The notes: generated by a model not told the origin, from the sequence alone. A DNA stretch of 64,000 nt from Longimicrobiales bacterium (GCA_965218295.1 CBDCKN010000013.1:160001-224000); one strand, 5' to 3'; numbered from the stretch's first letter, positions 20,774-31,423 are shown. Numbers and translations are program-made.

Positions 20774-21682
20774 ATGCGTCACCGCAGCCTCACCACCGTC
20801 CTCTTGGTCTCCATCCTGATGCTCGCGAGCGCTGGGCCGGCCAACGCCCTCTTCGACATCGGCGGCGTGATCCAGCGGGCCCAGATGATCGTGAACCAGG
20901 CGACCCAGATCGCGAACCAGATCCGCCAGATGCGGACGATGACCCGCCAACTCACCGAGCTCGAGGAGCAGCTCGACTACATGAAAGAGGCCGCGCGGGG
21001 CGAGGTGGACGCTTTGATCGAACCGTTCACCGAGCTGGCGGCCGGATCCATCGGCCTCGTCGGCGACGACCTCGACTGGGGCTCCGAGTTCACCGGAGCG
21101 GCCGGCGAGCTGGTCGAAGCGGTGCGGGGCATGGGGAGCGGCGACTCGTTCACCGACGTCTGGCGGAGCGCGCAGGGCGTGGCCGACCAGGTGAGCGAGG
21201 CGGACATCTTGGGGCTGTTCCGTAACCGCCCGGCCGAGGTGTCGTCGCGCGCGGTTGAGGACTACCGCCAGGCCCGAGAGACCGCCGACCGCCAGCGCGT
21301 GCTCGACTACGCGATGATGGACGCCGCGGCCTCGCTCGCCTCGACCGTCGAGAGCGCACAGGACTCGTTCGACGACCTGACCGCGAATGGGAATCTGTCG
21401 AACACGGCGCTCCAGCAGGCGCAAGTGGCTGCCGCGCTGACCCAGGGCCGGATCAACGCCGCCGTGGCGCAGGTGCTCGCCTATCAGGCCGTCGAGCAAG
21501 CGAACCGGATGCAGCAGGCCGAGATCGACCGGCTCGAGCGGCTCGCCGAGTGGAGGGACGCGCGCCTCCGTACGAACGCGATGGCCGATGCGATGCGCAC
21601 GGCCGCGTTCCAGAACCGCGACCGGCTCCGGGAGGGACTCCTGTTCAAGGTCCCGTCGTTCTACATGGGCGGCCAAGTTTAG
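20774..21682 (+). CDS. TrbJ/VirB5-like secreted protein
   Basis: Signal peptide, NQATQIANQIRQ coiled segment, position before virB6. Confidence 0.65.
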   Translation: MRHRSLTTVLLVSILMLASAGPANALFDIGGVIQRAQMIVNQATQIANQIRQMRTMTRQLTELEEQLDYMKEAARGEVDALIEPFTELAAGSIGLVGDDLDWGSEFTGAAGELVEAVRGMGSGDSFTDVWRSAQGVADQVSEADILGLFRNRPAEVSSRAVEDYRQARETADRQRVLDYAMMDAAASLASTVESAQDSFDDLTANGNLSNTALQQAQVAAALTQGRINAAVAQVLAYQAVEQANRMQQAEIDRLERLAEWRDARLRTNAMADAMRTAAFQNRDRLREGLLFKVPSFYMGGQV

Positions 21683-21700
21683 GCCCCGGGAGCGACCGCC

Positions 21701-22711
21701 ATGCAACTCCTGCCACCGCAGTCGATCGATCCGAACGTCCCGGCCCAGATCCCCGCCGACCAGCTCCAGGACTTCAAGGGGTTCCTGGACGTCGTGCTCG
21801 ACACCGTGGTAGGCGGCGCGGCGCCCGACGTGCTGACGCTCGGCCACCAGCTGTGGGGCGGCCTCGCGGCGATCGTCGTCGCCTGGAGCGGGCTCAAGAT
21901 CGCGTACAGCGGCACGCTCGAACCGTGGGCGCTCGTGCGTGTCGTGCTCGGGATCGCGATCCCCCGGACGCTGCTCCACTACTACAGCGTCCCGATCCCG
22001 GGCGTGGGCTTCACGTTTCCGGCCATGGTCGCGGCCGGAGGGATCTGGCTCCAGAACCTGTTCATCTCCGACGTCGTGTCCGTCGGCTACACGGAGATGA
22101 CCGCGCTCGTGCAGGCGTTCGCCGCACGGCTCGGCGCGGCATGGTCCGGCGGGAGCCTGATGACCCTCGTGACCGAGGGCGTGAGCGTGTTCTTCTCGTC
22201 CCTCGTCGCGCTGATGATGGGCGTGCCGCTCGTGCTCGGCTTGGTCGCGCTCTTCTGCCTGACCTACGCGCAGGTGATCTGGGCGCAGGTGGCGCTCGCG
22301 ATCGTGATCCTCTTGGGCCCGGTGTTCATCCCCTGGCTCCTCTTCGAGCCGCTCGCGTTCCTGTTCTGGGGATGGTTCCGCACGCTCATGGTCTACACGC
22401 TCTACGGCGTCGTGGCCGGAGCGATCCTCCGCGTGTTCATGGGCGTCGGCATGGGCTACGTCACGACCTATACCGGCGCCTTGATGGGCACCGGCTCCTC
22501 CGACCCGGCCGAGATCGGGCTCTGGGTCGTCGTCCTCCTCCCGCTCGTCGTCTCCGGCCTGATGGCCGGCATGAAGGTGGGCGAGCTCGCCGCGATGCTC
22601 GTCTCCGGGTCCGGATCCGTCGGATCGGGCATGATGGCGCTCGTGGTCCGCGGCGGCGGACGCCTCAGCGCTGCCGCGAACCCGGCCCGCCCCCCAATCC
22701 CCGGAGGCTGA
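21701..22711 (+). CDS. virB6: VirB6/TrbL-type membrane protein
   Basis: Polytopic, LGPVFIPW..F..W motif. Confidence 0.8.
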   Translation: MQLLPPQSIDPNVPAQIPADQLQDFKGFLDVVLDTVVGGAAPDVLTLGHQLWGGLAAIVVAWSGLKIAYSGTLEPWALVRVVLGIAIPRTLLHYYSVPIPGVGFTFPAMVAAGGIWLQNLFISDVVSVGYTEMTALVQAFAARLGAAWSGGSLMTLVTEGVSVFFSSLVALMMGVPLVLGLVALFCLTYAQVIWAQVALAIVILLGPVFIPWLLFEPLAFLFWGWFRTLMVYTLYGVVAGAILRVFMGVGMGYVTTYTGALMGTGSSDPAEIGLWVVVLLPLVVSGLMAGMKVGELAAMLVSGSGSVGSGMMALVVRGGGRLSAAANPARPPIPGG

Positions 22712-22722
22712 AGGAGACATCC

Positions 22723-23391
22723 ATGAACCGAGAACACGATGCCGGCCGCGAGTACGCGGAAATCTGGGGCGAGACCGTCGAGGCGAACCGGAAGCTCCGG
22801 ACGCTGGCGACCATCCTGGCCGCCACATGCCTCGCGCTCGGCGTGCTCCTCCTTCGTATCGCGACCGTCGAGCCGCCCAGGCCCATCGTCGTGCGGGTCG
22901 ACGAGGTCGGCCGCGCCGAGGCCGTGGCCTACGAGGCCGCAACGGCCCAGGCGGACCCGCTCGACCCCACGACCAAGTATTTCCTGAACCGGTTCATCTC
23001 CGACTTCTACTCCAGGCGCCAGGCGACGGTCGAGGAGCACTGGACCCGGAGCCTGCGGTTCCTCTCGACCGAGCTGGCGAACACCGCGTTCACGCGCGAC
23101 GGCGCCGAGGTCGCCGCCATGGCGGCCGGCACCGCCGACACCGAGATCCAGGTCGAGCAGGTCGTGCTCCGCATCCACCCCGCACCGGAGGCGCCGCACG
23201 GCGCGACCGCCGATTTCGACCTGGTCCACTTCAGGCAGGGGCAGGAGACCCTGAGGGAGCGGTGGTCGCTCACGCTCCGGTTCACCTTCCTCACCGTGAT
23301 CCCCTCCGAGCTCGTCGTCTACAACCCGATGGGCATCCTCATCACCTACCTCCAGGCCGACCGTGCCCTGGTCACGGAAGCCCCACGATGA
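22723..23391 (+). CDS. virB8: VirB8/TrbF-type protein
   Basis: TM, PIVVRVDEVG, NPMGILIT; AAGGAG RBS. Confidence 0.8.
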   Translation: MNREHDAGREYAEIWGETVEANRKLRTLATILAATCLALGVLLLRIATVEPPRPIVVRVDEVGRAEAVAYEAATAQADPLDPTTKYFLNRFISDFYSRRQATVEEHWTRSLRFLSTELANTAFTRDGAEVAAMAAGTADTEIQVEQVVLRIHPAPEAPHGATADFDLVHFRQGQETLRERWSLTLRFTFLTVIPSELVVYNPMGILITYLQADRALVTEAPR

Positions 23392-24323
23392 TCGCCCATC
23401 TCGCCGGGCGAGAGAGGGCGCTCGAGGCGTTCGGCTGGACGGACCGCGAGGCGGAGTGGGTCGCCCTGGTCTGTCTCCACAGCGGCGTGTTCACCCGAGA
23501 CCAGATCTCCGACTGGCTCGAGATCCACCGCCGCACCGCGCGCCGGTTCATCCGGGACATTTTGGACCAGAGGCTGGCGGCCATGGACAGGCTTGCGGGC
23601 CGGAGGGTCTGCCGGATCTCCGCGCGCGCAGTCTACCGGGCGCTCGGAGCCGAGGATGTCCGCCACCGCCGGATCGCGTCCGCCGAGGTGCTCGTTCGCC
23701 GCCTGCTCTCGCTCGACTACGTGATCGGGCACACCGGCCTGCCGTGGCTGCCCACCGAAGCGGAGAAGGTCGGCGCGTTCGAGGCGCTTGGGCTAGAGCG
23801 CAGCATCCTGCCCGTCCGGGTGTACCGGGGCGCCGCAGGCGAGACGCGGCGCTACTTCCCCCTCAAACTGCCCGTCGCGCTTGACGGCCAGGGCGCGGTG
23901 TTCGTCTACGCCGATCCGGGCCACGAGACCGCCGCGGGGCTCCGCTCCTGGGGCCGCGCCCACCGGGAACTCTGGGGTGCGCTCAGGGAGCGGGGCCGAC
24001 CGGTAGAGTCCGTCGCGGTCGTCCTGGGCGGCAGGGAGTTCGAGCGGGCGGAGAAGGTCCTCGGCAACTGGACCGCGCCGGCCCGGTCCCCCGGCCGGTC
24101 CAAAGCATCCGCGACCGGCCGTCGGATCCGCCGCGAAATCGACCGGATCGAACAGGCCATCCGCGGCATGGACGAGAGCGTGATCCAAGCGTACGGCAGT
24201 CTCCAGGGCTGCCTGGCGCGAATCGCCAAACTCAGGGCCGCGCTCCCGACCGCAACCGCGGAAGCGATGATCGACGGCTTCACGGTATGGCGTTCGACCC
24301 GGCTTTCGGGGGGTCTGTTTTGA
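23388..24323 (+). CDS. orfX: conserved unknown T4SS-associated protein (candidate relaxase)
   Basis: ATGA-coupled to virB8; homologous pieces at 27250-27740, 28600-28700 and 51544-52035. Confidence 0.7.
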   Translation: MIAHLAGRERALEAFGWTDREAEWVALVCLHSGVFTRDQISDWLEIHRRTARRFIRDILDQRLAAMDRLAGRRVCRISARAVYRALGAEDVRHRRIASAEVLVRRLLSLDYVIGHTGLPWLPTEAEKVGAFEALGLERSILPVRVYRGAAGETRRYFPLKLPVALDGQGAVFVYADPGHETAAGLRSWGRAHRELWGALRERGRPVESVAVVLGGREFERAEKVLGNWTAPARSPGRSKASATGRRIRREIDRIEQAIRGMDESVIQAYGSLQGCLARIAKLRAALPTATAEAMIDGFTVWRSTRLSGGLF

Positions 24324-24620
24324 CCGCCGGAAGCGGGTGCCGGTGCCGATCCACGAGTGCCCATGGCACTTTGGGGGTGGCCGGACACGAAATCGCGCCT
24401 GCGATGGGCACGCCGCCGATTCCGCATGTCGCTGGCGCTCTTGCGGTTGTGCCACGGCCAGCGGAGCGGCGTTGCCGATCCGCGTGCCTTGGCCGTGGCT
24501 GGGAGCGACCCCCCATCTCGGCATGCCTCGATCGGCATCGGGGAGGATGGCGATGTGCATCCCCATCGTCCCCTCCGCTGCGGGGTCGCTCCCAGCCAGC
24601 AGTCCCTCCGGGAAGGGTGT
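24324..24620 (+). repeat. ~300-bp structured non-coding element downstream of orfX
   Basis: Perfect 17-bp IR 24496-24512/24582-24598; homologues at ~26965-27230, ~27965-28230 and ~28485-28600 (minus). Confidence 0.7.
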
Positions 24621-24627
24621 TGGACCG

Positions 24628-25401
24628 ATGAGGCCCTGGACGCTGGTCATCATCGGGGTGGCCCTGACGGCGGCCACGGTCCGCGCGTTCCTGGCGCCGT
24701 TTCCGGGCATCGGCGGGAACCCCGTGCTGGACCTGATCGCCTACCACGATCCGGGCCTGCACACGGTGATCCACGTCTGGTACTACGCGGCGCCGGCCGT
24801 CGCCTTGCTGCTCGCCGGCAGCGTCTGCCTCTCGGTCTCGAAGGTTTGGCTCGAGCCGCGCACCCGGCGCGGCGCTCGCGGGAAGCTCCCCGCCTGGCCC
24901 ACCTCGGCCAGCGACGAGGCACCCTCGCTCGTGATCGGCGAACTGCACCATCCGACCGTGCCGCGCGAGAGCGAGCGGCCGTCGTGGCTCGTGATCCCGG
25001 AGAAGGGGCTCTACACCGGCATCCTCATCGTGGGTGCCGTCGGCACCGGCAAGACGACCGCCTGCATGTATCCGTTCGCGCAGCAGCTCCTCTCCTGGCG
25101 GGCCGACGATCCCGGCCGCCGCGCGGGCGCGCTCGTGCTCGAAGTCAAGGGCGATTTCTGCCACCAGGTCCGCGGCATCCTGGGCGACGCCGGCCGCGGC
25201 GAGGACTACCTCGAAATCGGGCTCGACGGCTCCTGGCAGTGGAATCCGCTCGACGATCCGCTCATCGACTCCTATTCGCTCGCCTACGGCGTCGCGTCCC
25301 TCATCAACCAGCTCTTCGGGAAGTCCCGAGAACCGTTTTGGCAGCAAGCCTATACCAATCTCGTGCGCTGGATCGTCGAACTGTACCGGCGCATCCATTG
25401 A
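24628..25401 (+). pseudogene. VirD4/TraD-like coupling protein, C-terminally truncated
   Basis: Two TMs, GAVGTGKT Walker A, VLEVKGD, WNPL, EPFW; cut at the integrase junction. Confidence 0.75.
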
Positions 25402-25560
25402 CGTGCAGTAATGCTCCTTAGTGTACACATAACCGGTGATATATAAGGGGTTATGATATTTACCATACTCCGGAACGTCCAGTACCACCCCTTGACAGCC
25501 ACGACTTTTATGGGGCACTTTTCTGGGGCAGATTCCTGAAACCTCAATCGGTGCCCCAAC

Positions 25561-26943
25561 ATGCCGCTGACCGACACCGCCATCCGAAAGGCCAAGCCCC
25601 GCGACAAGCCGCGCAAGCTCTACGACAGCCGCGGCCTGTACCTCGAGATCGCCCCGCGCGGCACCAAGGCTTGGCGCTTCAAGTACCGCTTCGCCGACAG
25701 AGAGAAGCGGATCTCCATGGGGATCTATCCCGAGGTCTCGCTGAAGCTCGCCCGCGAGCGGCGCGACGATTCCCGCAAGCTGCTGGCCCGGGACATCGAC
25801 CCGAGCGCCTACCGGAAGGCGCAGAAGCAGTCGAAGCGGCAATGGGCCAGGAACAGCTTCGAGGCCGTGGCCGCTGAATGGCTCGGCAAGCACTCGCCGA
25901 ACTGGTGCGCGAGCTACGCTCGGCGACTCGAGCGCGATCTGGGTAAGGATGTCTTCCCGTGGATCGGAGAGAAGCCGGTCGCGGAGCTCACGGCACCGGA
26001 GCTGCTGGCCGCGCTGCGCCGCATCGAAGCCCGCGGCACCCTGGACACGGCGCATCGCACGCTTCAGGTCTGTGGGCGGGTGCTGCGCTATGCGGTGGCA
26101 ACGGGCCGAGCGGAGCGGGACGTGTCGGGGGACCTGCGCGGAGCCTTCCCTCCGGTGAAGCGGAAGCACTTCCCGGTGATCACCGACCCGAAGGAGGTCG
26201 GCCCGCTTCTCCGGCTCCTCGACGGCTACCCGGGCACGCTGCCGGTGCGGTGCGCCCTGCGTCTGGTGCCGCTGCTCTTCGTGCGGCCCGGCGAATTGCG
26301 CAAGGCCGAATGGGCCGACATCGACCTCGATGGAGCCGAGTGGCGCTACACGGCGACCAAGACCGACACGCCGCATGTGGTCCCGCTGGCGCGTCAGGCG
26401 GTCGAGATCCTTCGCGAGTTGCATCCCGTGACGGGGCACCACCGCTACGTGTTCCCGAATGCGCGCTATCGGCAACGCGACCGGACGATGAGCAACACCA
26501 CCTTTTGGGGGGCGTTCCGGGCCTTGGACATCCCTCCGGAACGGATGACGCCGCATGGCTTCCGGGCGATGGCGCGCACCATCTTGGACGAGGTGCTGGG
26601 CTTCCGGCCCGACTTGATCGAGCACCAGCTGGCCCACCGGGTCAGGGACCCCAACGGCCGGGCCTACAACCGGACGGCGTTCCTGCCCGAGCGCCGCGTG
26701 ATGATGCAGGCCTGGGCCGACTATCTGGACCGGCTCAGGGCCGGGGAAGAGATCGAGGCGACTCACGGAACCGGGGCTTTCCGAAATACCAACGTCGCCG
26801 GGGATCCCGGAACACCAACTCACGGCCCGCCGGTCCCGGTAGCTGGAGCCGTGCCTCCCACGGTCGGCCCTGTCCCCAGCTCCCCGCCCGGGTCCTTCGC
26901 GGTAGCGCCGACACACCGGCTGGACGGTCGGCGAACTGGGTGA
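25561..26943 (+). CDS. P4-like tyrosine integrase
   Basis: MPLTDTAIR arm-binding domain, VRPGE, HGFR, QLAH, AYNR. Confidence 0.92.
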   Translation: MPLTDTAIRKAKPRDKPRKLYDSRGLYLEIAPRGTKAWRFKYRFADREKRISMGIYPEVSLKLARERRDDSRKLLARDIDPSAYRKAQKQSKRQWARNSFEAVAAEWLGKHSPNWCASYARRLERDLGKDVFPWIGEKPVAELTAPELLAALRRIEARGTLDTAHRTLQVCGRVLRYAVATGRAERDVSGDLRGAFPPVKRKHFPVITDPKEVGPLLRLLDGYPGTLPVRCALRLVPLLFVRPGELRKAEWADIDLDGAEWRYTATKTDTPHVVPLARQAVEILRELHPVTGHHRYVFPNARYRQRDRTMSNTTFWGAFRALDIPPERMTPHGFRAMARTILDEVLGFRPDLIEHQLAHRVRDPNGRAYNRTAFLPERRVMMQAWADYLDRLRAGEEIEATHGTGAFRNTNVAGDPGTPTHGPPVPVAGAVPPTVGPVPSSPPGSFAVAPTHRLDGRRTG

Positions 26944-26964
26944 TCCGCCGCCTGGCAGCGGCGT

Positions 26965-27230
26965 TGAAAACCCTTCCCGGAGGGATATCTGGCCGGGAGC
27001 GACCCCGCCGGGGAGGGTGGCAGGTGCGTGCACATGTCAACCCTCCCCGATGCCGTACCAGGCATCCCGAAGGGGGGGTCGCTCCCTTCTTCGGCCGAAA
27101 GCTCCGGAGCGGCGTCGCAGCTCCGGCGGCCGTGCCGCAACTGCAAGACAGCCAGGCACATAAGGGAGCGCTGGCGCGCACATGAAAATGGCGTTTCGGT
27201 GCACATGCACCCCGTTGTCTGATGTGCACT
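26965..27230 (-). repeat. Structured element copy
   Basis: IR GGGAGCGACCCC 26995-27006 / GGGGTCGCTCCC 27075-27086. Confidence 0.65.
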
Positions 27231-27249
27231 CCCCGATCAGCACCGACCC

Positions 27250-27740
27250 TCGCCGCTCCGCGTTCAAAGTCCGCCTCCAGGGAGCCGTCTCGAGCGCCAT
27301 GTCGTGAGGGGCCGGATGCAGTGGCCCAGTGCACGAGGATCGTGCGGGCCCGCTCCAGGTTGCCGCGGGTCCGGACGACCGCCACGACCTCGATGGACCG
27401 GCCACGCTCCCTCAGCGCCTTCCAAAGGCCGCGATGCACGTTGCTATCAGGAGCGGAGCGCCGTGGTGGTCTGGTGGCCCGGATCGACGTAGACGAACAC
27501 GGCGCGCTCGGCTTCCAACGCGACCGGCAGCTTGAGCGGGCAATAGCAGCGCGTGTTTCCGGCCGCCCCCTTCGGCGTCCCTCGGGGCACCGAGCGCCCG
27601 GTAGAACCCGCGCCCGTGGATCCGGCACCCGCGGCCGATACGGGTGATGCCCGGCGGATTCTCTTCGGCGGCCACGCCATGCGCGACGAGGGCACGGACA
27701 GCGCAGCGCACTTCTCGGTGTGTGGCAACCCAGAAAGCTG
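27250..27740 (-). pseudogene. Degenerate orfX homologue
   Basis: YCPLKLPVALE..AVFVYVDPGH; LWKALRERGRSIEVVAVV in shifting frames. Confidence 0.7.
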
Positions 27741-27757
27741 GTCCACTGCGCCCGGGA

Positions 27758-27942
27758 CCGACTTCATCGAGCACCAGCTGGCCCACGCGGTCAGGGATCC
27801 CAACGGCCGGGCCTACAACCGGACGGCGTTCCTGTCCGAACGCAGGGGAATGATGCAGGAGTGGGCAGACTACCTGGACCGGCTCAGGGCCGGGGAAGAG
27901 GCCGAGCCAGGGACACCGACTCGGCCGTTGGTGAATCGGTGA
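27758..27942 (+). pseudogene. Duplicated 3' end of the integrase
   Basis: IEHQLAHAVRDPNGRAYNRTAFL, near-identical to 26611-26750. Confidence 0.8.
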
Positions 27943-27964
27943 TCCGCCAGTTCGCATCGGTGCA

Positions 27965-28230
27965 GAACAGCCTTCCCGCACGGGACATCTGGTTGGGAGC
28001 GACCCACCGGGGAGGTCGGCAGGGGCGTGCCCATGCCAACTCTCCCCGATGCCGATCCAGGCATCCCAAAGGGGTGGGTCGCTCCCGACCACGGCCTCAA
28101 GGCTTGGATCGGCATCGCCGCTGCGGCCACCGTGACCCAACCGCAAGGCGACCAGCGACATAGGGAATCGTCGGCATGCCCATGGGAAGGGCAGTTTCCG
28201 TGCCCATGCACCCCGATGTCTCATGTGCAC
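27965..28230 (-). repeat. Structured element copy
   Basis: IR 27991-28008 / 28073-28090 with one mismatch. Confidence 0.65.
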
Positions 28231-28484
28231 GCACGGCTCGGCCCCGGGCCCCAAGCGATTTGCGGTCAACACCCCCTCCGGGGACACGGGCGCGAACCGC
28301 AAACCCTCGCTAATGGCTGTGATCACCCTTTCCGCATCGGGCAGTCGAACCACAGAGCCAAGCCCCCTGGCCGGTTTCCAACGCTCGACGAAACAATAGC
28401 GGACCAGTTCACCCACACAGGGTCAGCAGCACTTCCCAGCTTGCTCATCGGAGCTTCAGTGAACAACCTCCCTAGCGTTCACAG

Positions 28485-28700
28485 CTTGGCGACATGCGGA
28501 AGCGCCGGCGTGCCCATCGGAAAGGCGATTTCGTGTGCATCCCCCCCGAAGTCCGATGGGCACCGTTCGATCGGCATCGCCCTCCGGCGACCGGCGGTCA
28601 TAATCCATCTCCGGGAGCCGGCTCGATCGCCATACGATAAAGCCGTCGATCATAGCGCGGCGCATCAACGGGGTGCGCGCCGTGCGCCGGACCTCGAGAC
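28485..28700 (-). pseudogene. orfX 3' end plus start of the structured element
   Basis: AMIDGFIVWRSSRL matches the orfX C-terminus; followed by TGACCGCCGG as at 24321. Confidence 0.65.
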
Positions 28701-28780
28701 TCTCCGCTGTCTCCTGGTTGACCCACCCGCGCGCCATGCACGAGCCGGGACGCTGGCTGCTTCAAGGCTCTTGTCCGGGA

Positions 28781-31423
28781 TCAATGCCAGGAGATGGTCA
28801 CGGTCATGGATATCGTCCGGGGCGCGCCCAGCCAGGCAGCGTTCTCGGTGATCGCGGACAGATAGGGGCTGTCGAGTACGTTGTTCGCCACGATCGAGAA
28901 CTCCGTCGCCCGGAACAGATCGCTCAACGCTTCGCCGCTGAAGCTGACGTAGGCGTCTACCACCCAGTAGGCGTCGGTGTACCAGTCCGCCGTCAGACTG
29001 ACGCGGCGCGATGCCGTGTATTTCGCAGACAGCCCGCCACCCAGGGGTCCGGTGCGGTCGAGGGACACGACCCACAGCCGAGGCGGCACGCCCGTAACGT
29101 CGGTACCCGGGACAATGCCCTGGCTGGCGTCAACGAGCGGATCGTCGGTCCCGACGTATTTAGAGTCGTTGAGCGTGAGAGCGGTGTAGAGCGATGTCCG
29201 ACCCGGTATCGCCACCGTGGCGGCCAACTCGACACCACTCGTTTCGATGCCGCCCGCGTTGAAGTAGGCCCCTCCTCCGGGGATGAGGTAGTTGGGTCCT
29301 GCGGACGTCTGCGGGCCAAGGTAGAAGATCCGGTTGTCAAAATCGATGGAATACAGGGTGGCGCTCAAGGCGAGCCGCTTGCCGGAGTATTGAACCCCGA
29401 CATCGATGTTCGACGCGGTCTCGGGCTCGAGAAGGTCCAAACTGCGGCCCGGGACCTCGAGCAACGTGCTGCTGATCGCCCTGAAGTTCTCGGCGTAGCC
29501 CGCGAACAGGTCGAGGCCCTCGACCGGCGTCTCGTAGGTGACGCCACCGGAGAAGAGCAGCTCCGAATCGGAATCGACACCAAGGTCCCGATCAATGCCG
29601 AACTGGTCCTCGCGCGACACGGAGACAAGGTACTGCTTGACGCCGCCGGCCAATTCGAGCGGGCCGAAGTACAGCGTCTCCTCCACGTACCACTTGAACA
29701 CGTCCTGCGGAAAGTCCCACTCGTACTGGTGCCAATAGGCCTGCTCGTCCCACTTGAAGTTGAGCGCAGGGTCCAGCATCCGGTGCCAGTCCCGGCCGAG
29801 GTCGCGCCGCGAGTCCTCGTACCAGATGCCCGTGCGCAGTGCGCTGCCCGCTCCCCCGCCGAACGGAACGGACCACTCTGCGTCGATGTTCGCGCCGAGG
29901 CGATTCTTGCCGTAGTGGCTGTGGCGGTACGACTGTACCGCGGTCGCCCCCGGGTGGCATGCCGGGTCGACCTCCGGGCCGCCCGACCCATAGTAGTTGA
30001 AGATGTAGGACGACGTGCATCCCGGCACGGGTCCAACGGCGACGCCGTTGCCGTCTACGAAGCGGATTACTCCGAGTTGGCTGCCGCCCCGCACCGGCGC
30101 ACGGCCCGCCAGCTCCGACTCCGGTCCATCCCCGTCGTCCGCCACGTCCACGATGTAGGGGGGCAACCAGTCGCCGCGCCCCGAGTTGCGATGGTGGTAT
30201 GCGCCCGCGCTCAGGGAGACCAACTCGCTGACGGACCAGTCGGCCTTGAGGTAGGCGAGCGTGTTCTTGCGCCGCGTCTGCCAGCCGGGCCGGTAGAACT
30301 GGTTCAGGTAGGGCACGCCGGGCCAGTGGCCGACCAGCCGGTCCCAGCGCGGATCGGCCCTGAAGTCGGCCTCGCCGTAGAGCCTTTGGTAGACATCCTC
30401 GTGGATGTCGTCGTGCGAGATGTAGCCGGTGAGATCGAGAGGTCCGTGCGAAGACACGATCTTGGCGGCGAGGTGCTCCCGCTCGTTCCTTGCGGAGCCC
30501 TCCATCCAGTCGGTCGCCTCCTGCCGGACCGCGGCGACCCAGGCCCGCGTCGTGCCGCCGAACAACGATCCGGTCTCGATACGCGCGGCGAACCGCTGGC
30601 CCTCGTTCTCGCCGATCGTGACGGACGCCGTGTGGCTCTGCTCGACCGCCGGGTCGGCCGTCAAGAAATTGAGCGTGCCGCCCAGCGCCTCGACCGACCG
30701 GGAGGCGATGTCGGCGGTCCCCTGCGACACCTCGACCCCACCGAGGTTCATCGGGTCGACGAACCGGTTCGCCTTCGCGCCGCTCCAGTAGTCCGACGTG
30801 CCATTGGGGAATCCGTCGATGGTGGTACCGATCTGTGCATCGTTGATGGTCGATTGGAACCCGCGCATGACGACGCTGCTCGACCAGTCGTCAAAGGCGT
30901 ACGCGTCCCCCTCTTGGACGGACACGCCGGGAAGGTTGTCGATCACCGACGTCACAGAGGTCATGTTCGACTGCTGCCTGATCATCGGCTCCGCCACGAA
31001 ATTGCGCGCGAAGACCGTGGGCTCCTCCGCCACCACGCTGATTGGATCGAGCTGGAAAGCGGGCTCAAGAACGATCGGGACCGTTTCGACTGCACCCGCG
31101 CGGACGGTGACCCGAAGCTCCCGGGGCGCATAGCCGAACAGGGTAGCGGTTACGAGGTGGTCACCGGCCGCGAGACCGGTGAATTCGTATGTGCCGTCGG
31201 CTTCCGTGACGACTTCCGCGTCCACGCCGGAACCGGTCGCCGTCACCAGGACACCGGGCAAGGCGTCGCCGAACACGTCCACGACCGTGCCCCTGATCGT
31301 ACCGGTTGTCTGGGCGGTAGCGGTCGCCGTGGCCAATAGCCACAGCAGAAAGGTCGCGATCGAGAGTCGGACAACGCGGTGAGCGAGCGAAACCGTAACC
31401 TCCGGGTACATAGTACCTCCCAA
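28781..31423 (-). CDS. TonB-dependent receptor
   Basis: Signal peptide, carboxypeptidase-like N-domain, plug VEVSQG, barrel ending ..ISWH. Confidence 0.88.
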   Translation of the reverse strand: MGGTMYPEVTVSLAHRVVRLSIATFLLWLLATATATAQTTGTIRGTVVDVFGDALPGVLVTATGSGVDAEVVTEADGTYEFTGLAAGDHLVTATLFGYAPRELRVTVRAGAVETVPIVLEPAFQLDPISVVAEEPTVFARNFVAEPMIRQQSNMTSVTSVIDNLPGVSVQEGDAYAFDDWSSSVVMRGFQSTINDAQIGTTIDGFPNGTSDYWSGAKANRFVDPMNLGGVEVSQGTADIASRSVEALGGTLNFLTADPAVEQSHTASVTIGENEGQRFAARIETGSLFGGTTRAWVAAVRQEATDWMEGSARNEREHLAAKIVSSHGPLDLTGYISHDDIHEDVYQRLYGEADFRADPRWDRLVGHWPGVPYLNQFYRPGWQTRRKNTLAYLKADWSVSELVSLSAGAYHHRNSGRGDWLPPYIVDVADDGDGPESELAGRAPVRGGSQLGVIRFVDGNGVAVGPVPGCTSSYIFNYYGSGGPEVDPACHPGATAVQSYRHSHYGKNRLGANIDAEWSVPFGGGAGSALRTGIWYEDSRRDLGRDWHRMLDPALNFKWDEQAYWHQYEWDFPQDVFKWYVEETLYFGPLELAGGVKQYLVSVSREDQFGIDRDLGVDSDSELLFSGGVTYETPVEGLDLFAGYAENFRAISSTLLEVPGRSLDLLEPETASNIDVGVQYSGKRLALSATLYSIDFDNRIFYLGPQTSAGPNYLIPGGGAYFNAGGIETSGVELAATVAIPGRTSLYTALTLNDSKYVGTDDPLVDASQGIVPGTDVTGVPPRLWVVSLDRTGPLGGGLSAKYTASRRVSLTADWYTDAYWVVDAYVSFSGEALSDLFRATEFSIVANNVLDSPYLSAITENAAWLGAPRTISMTVTISWH

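Noticed and set aside
24280..27033. 917-aa minus-strand ORF (likewise 20519-22942, 28673-31339, 2686-4524, 37047-38636)
   Set aside because: Antisense shadows of well-supported genes in high-GC DNA; no motifs
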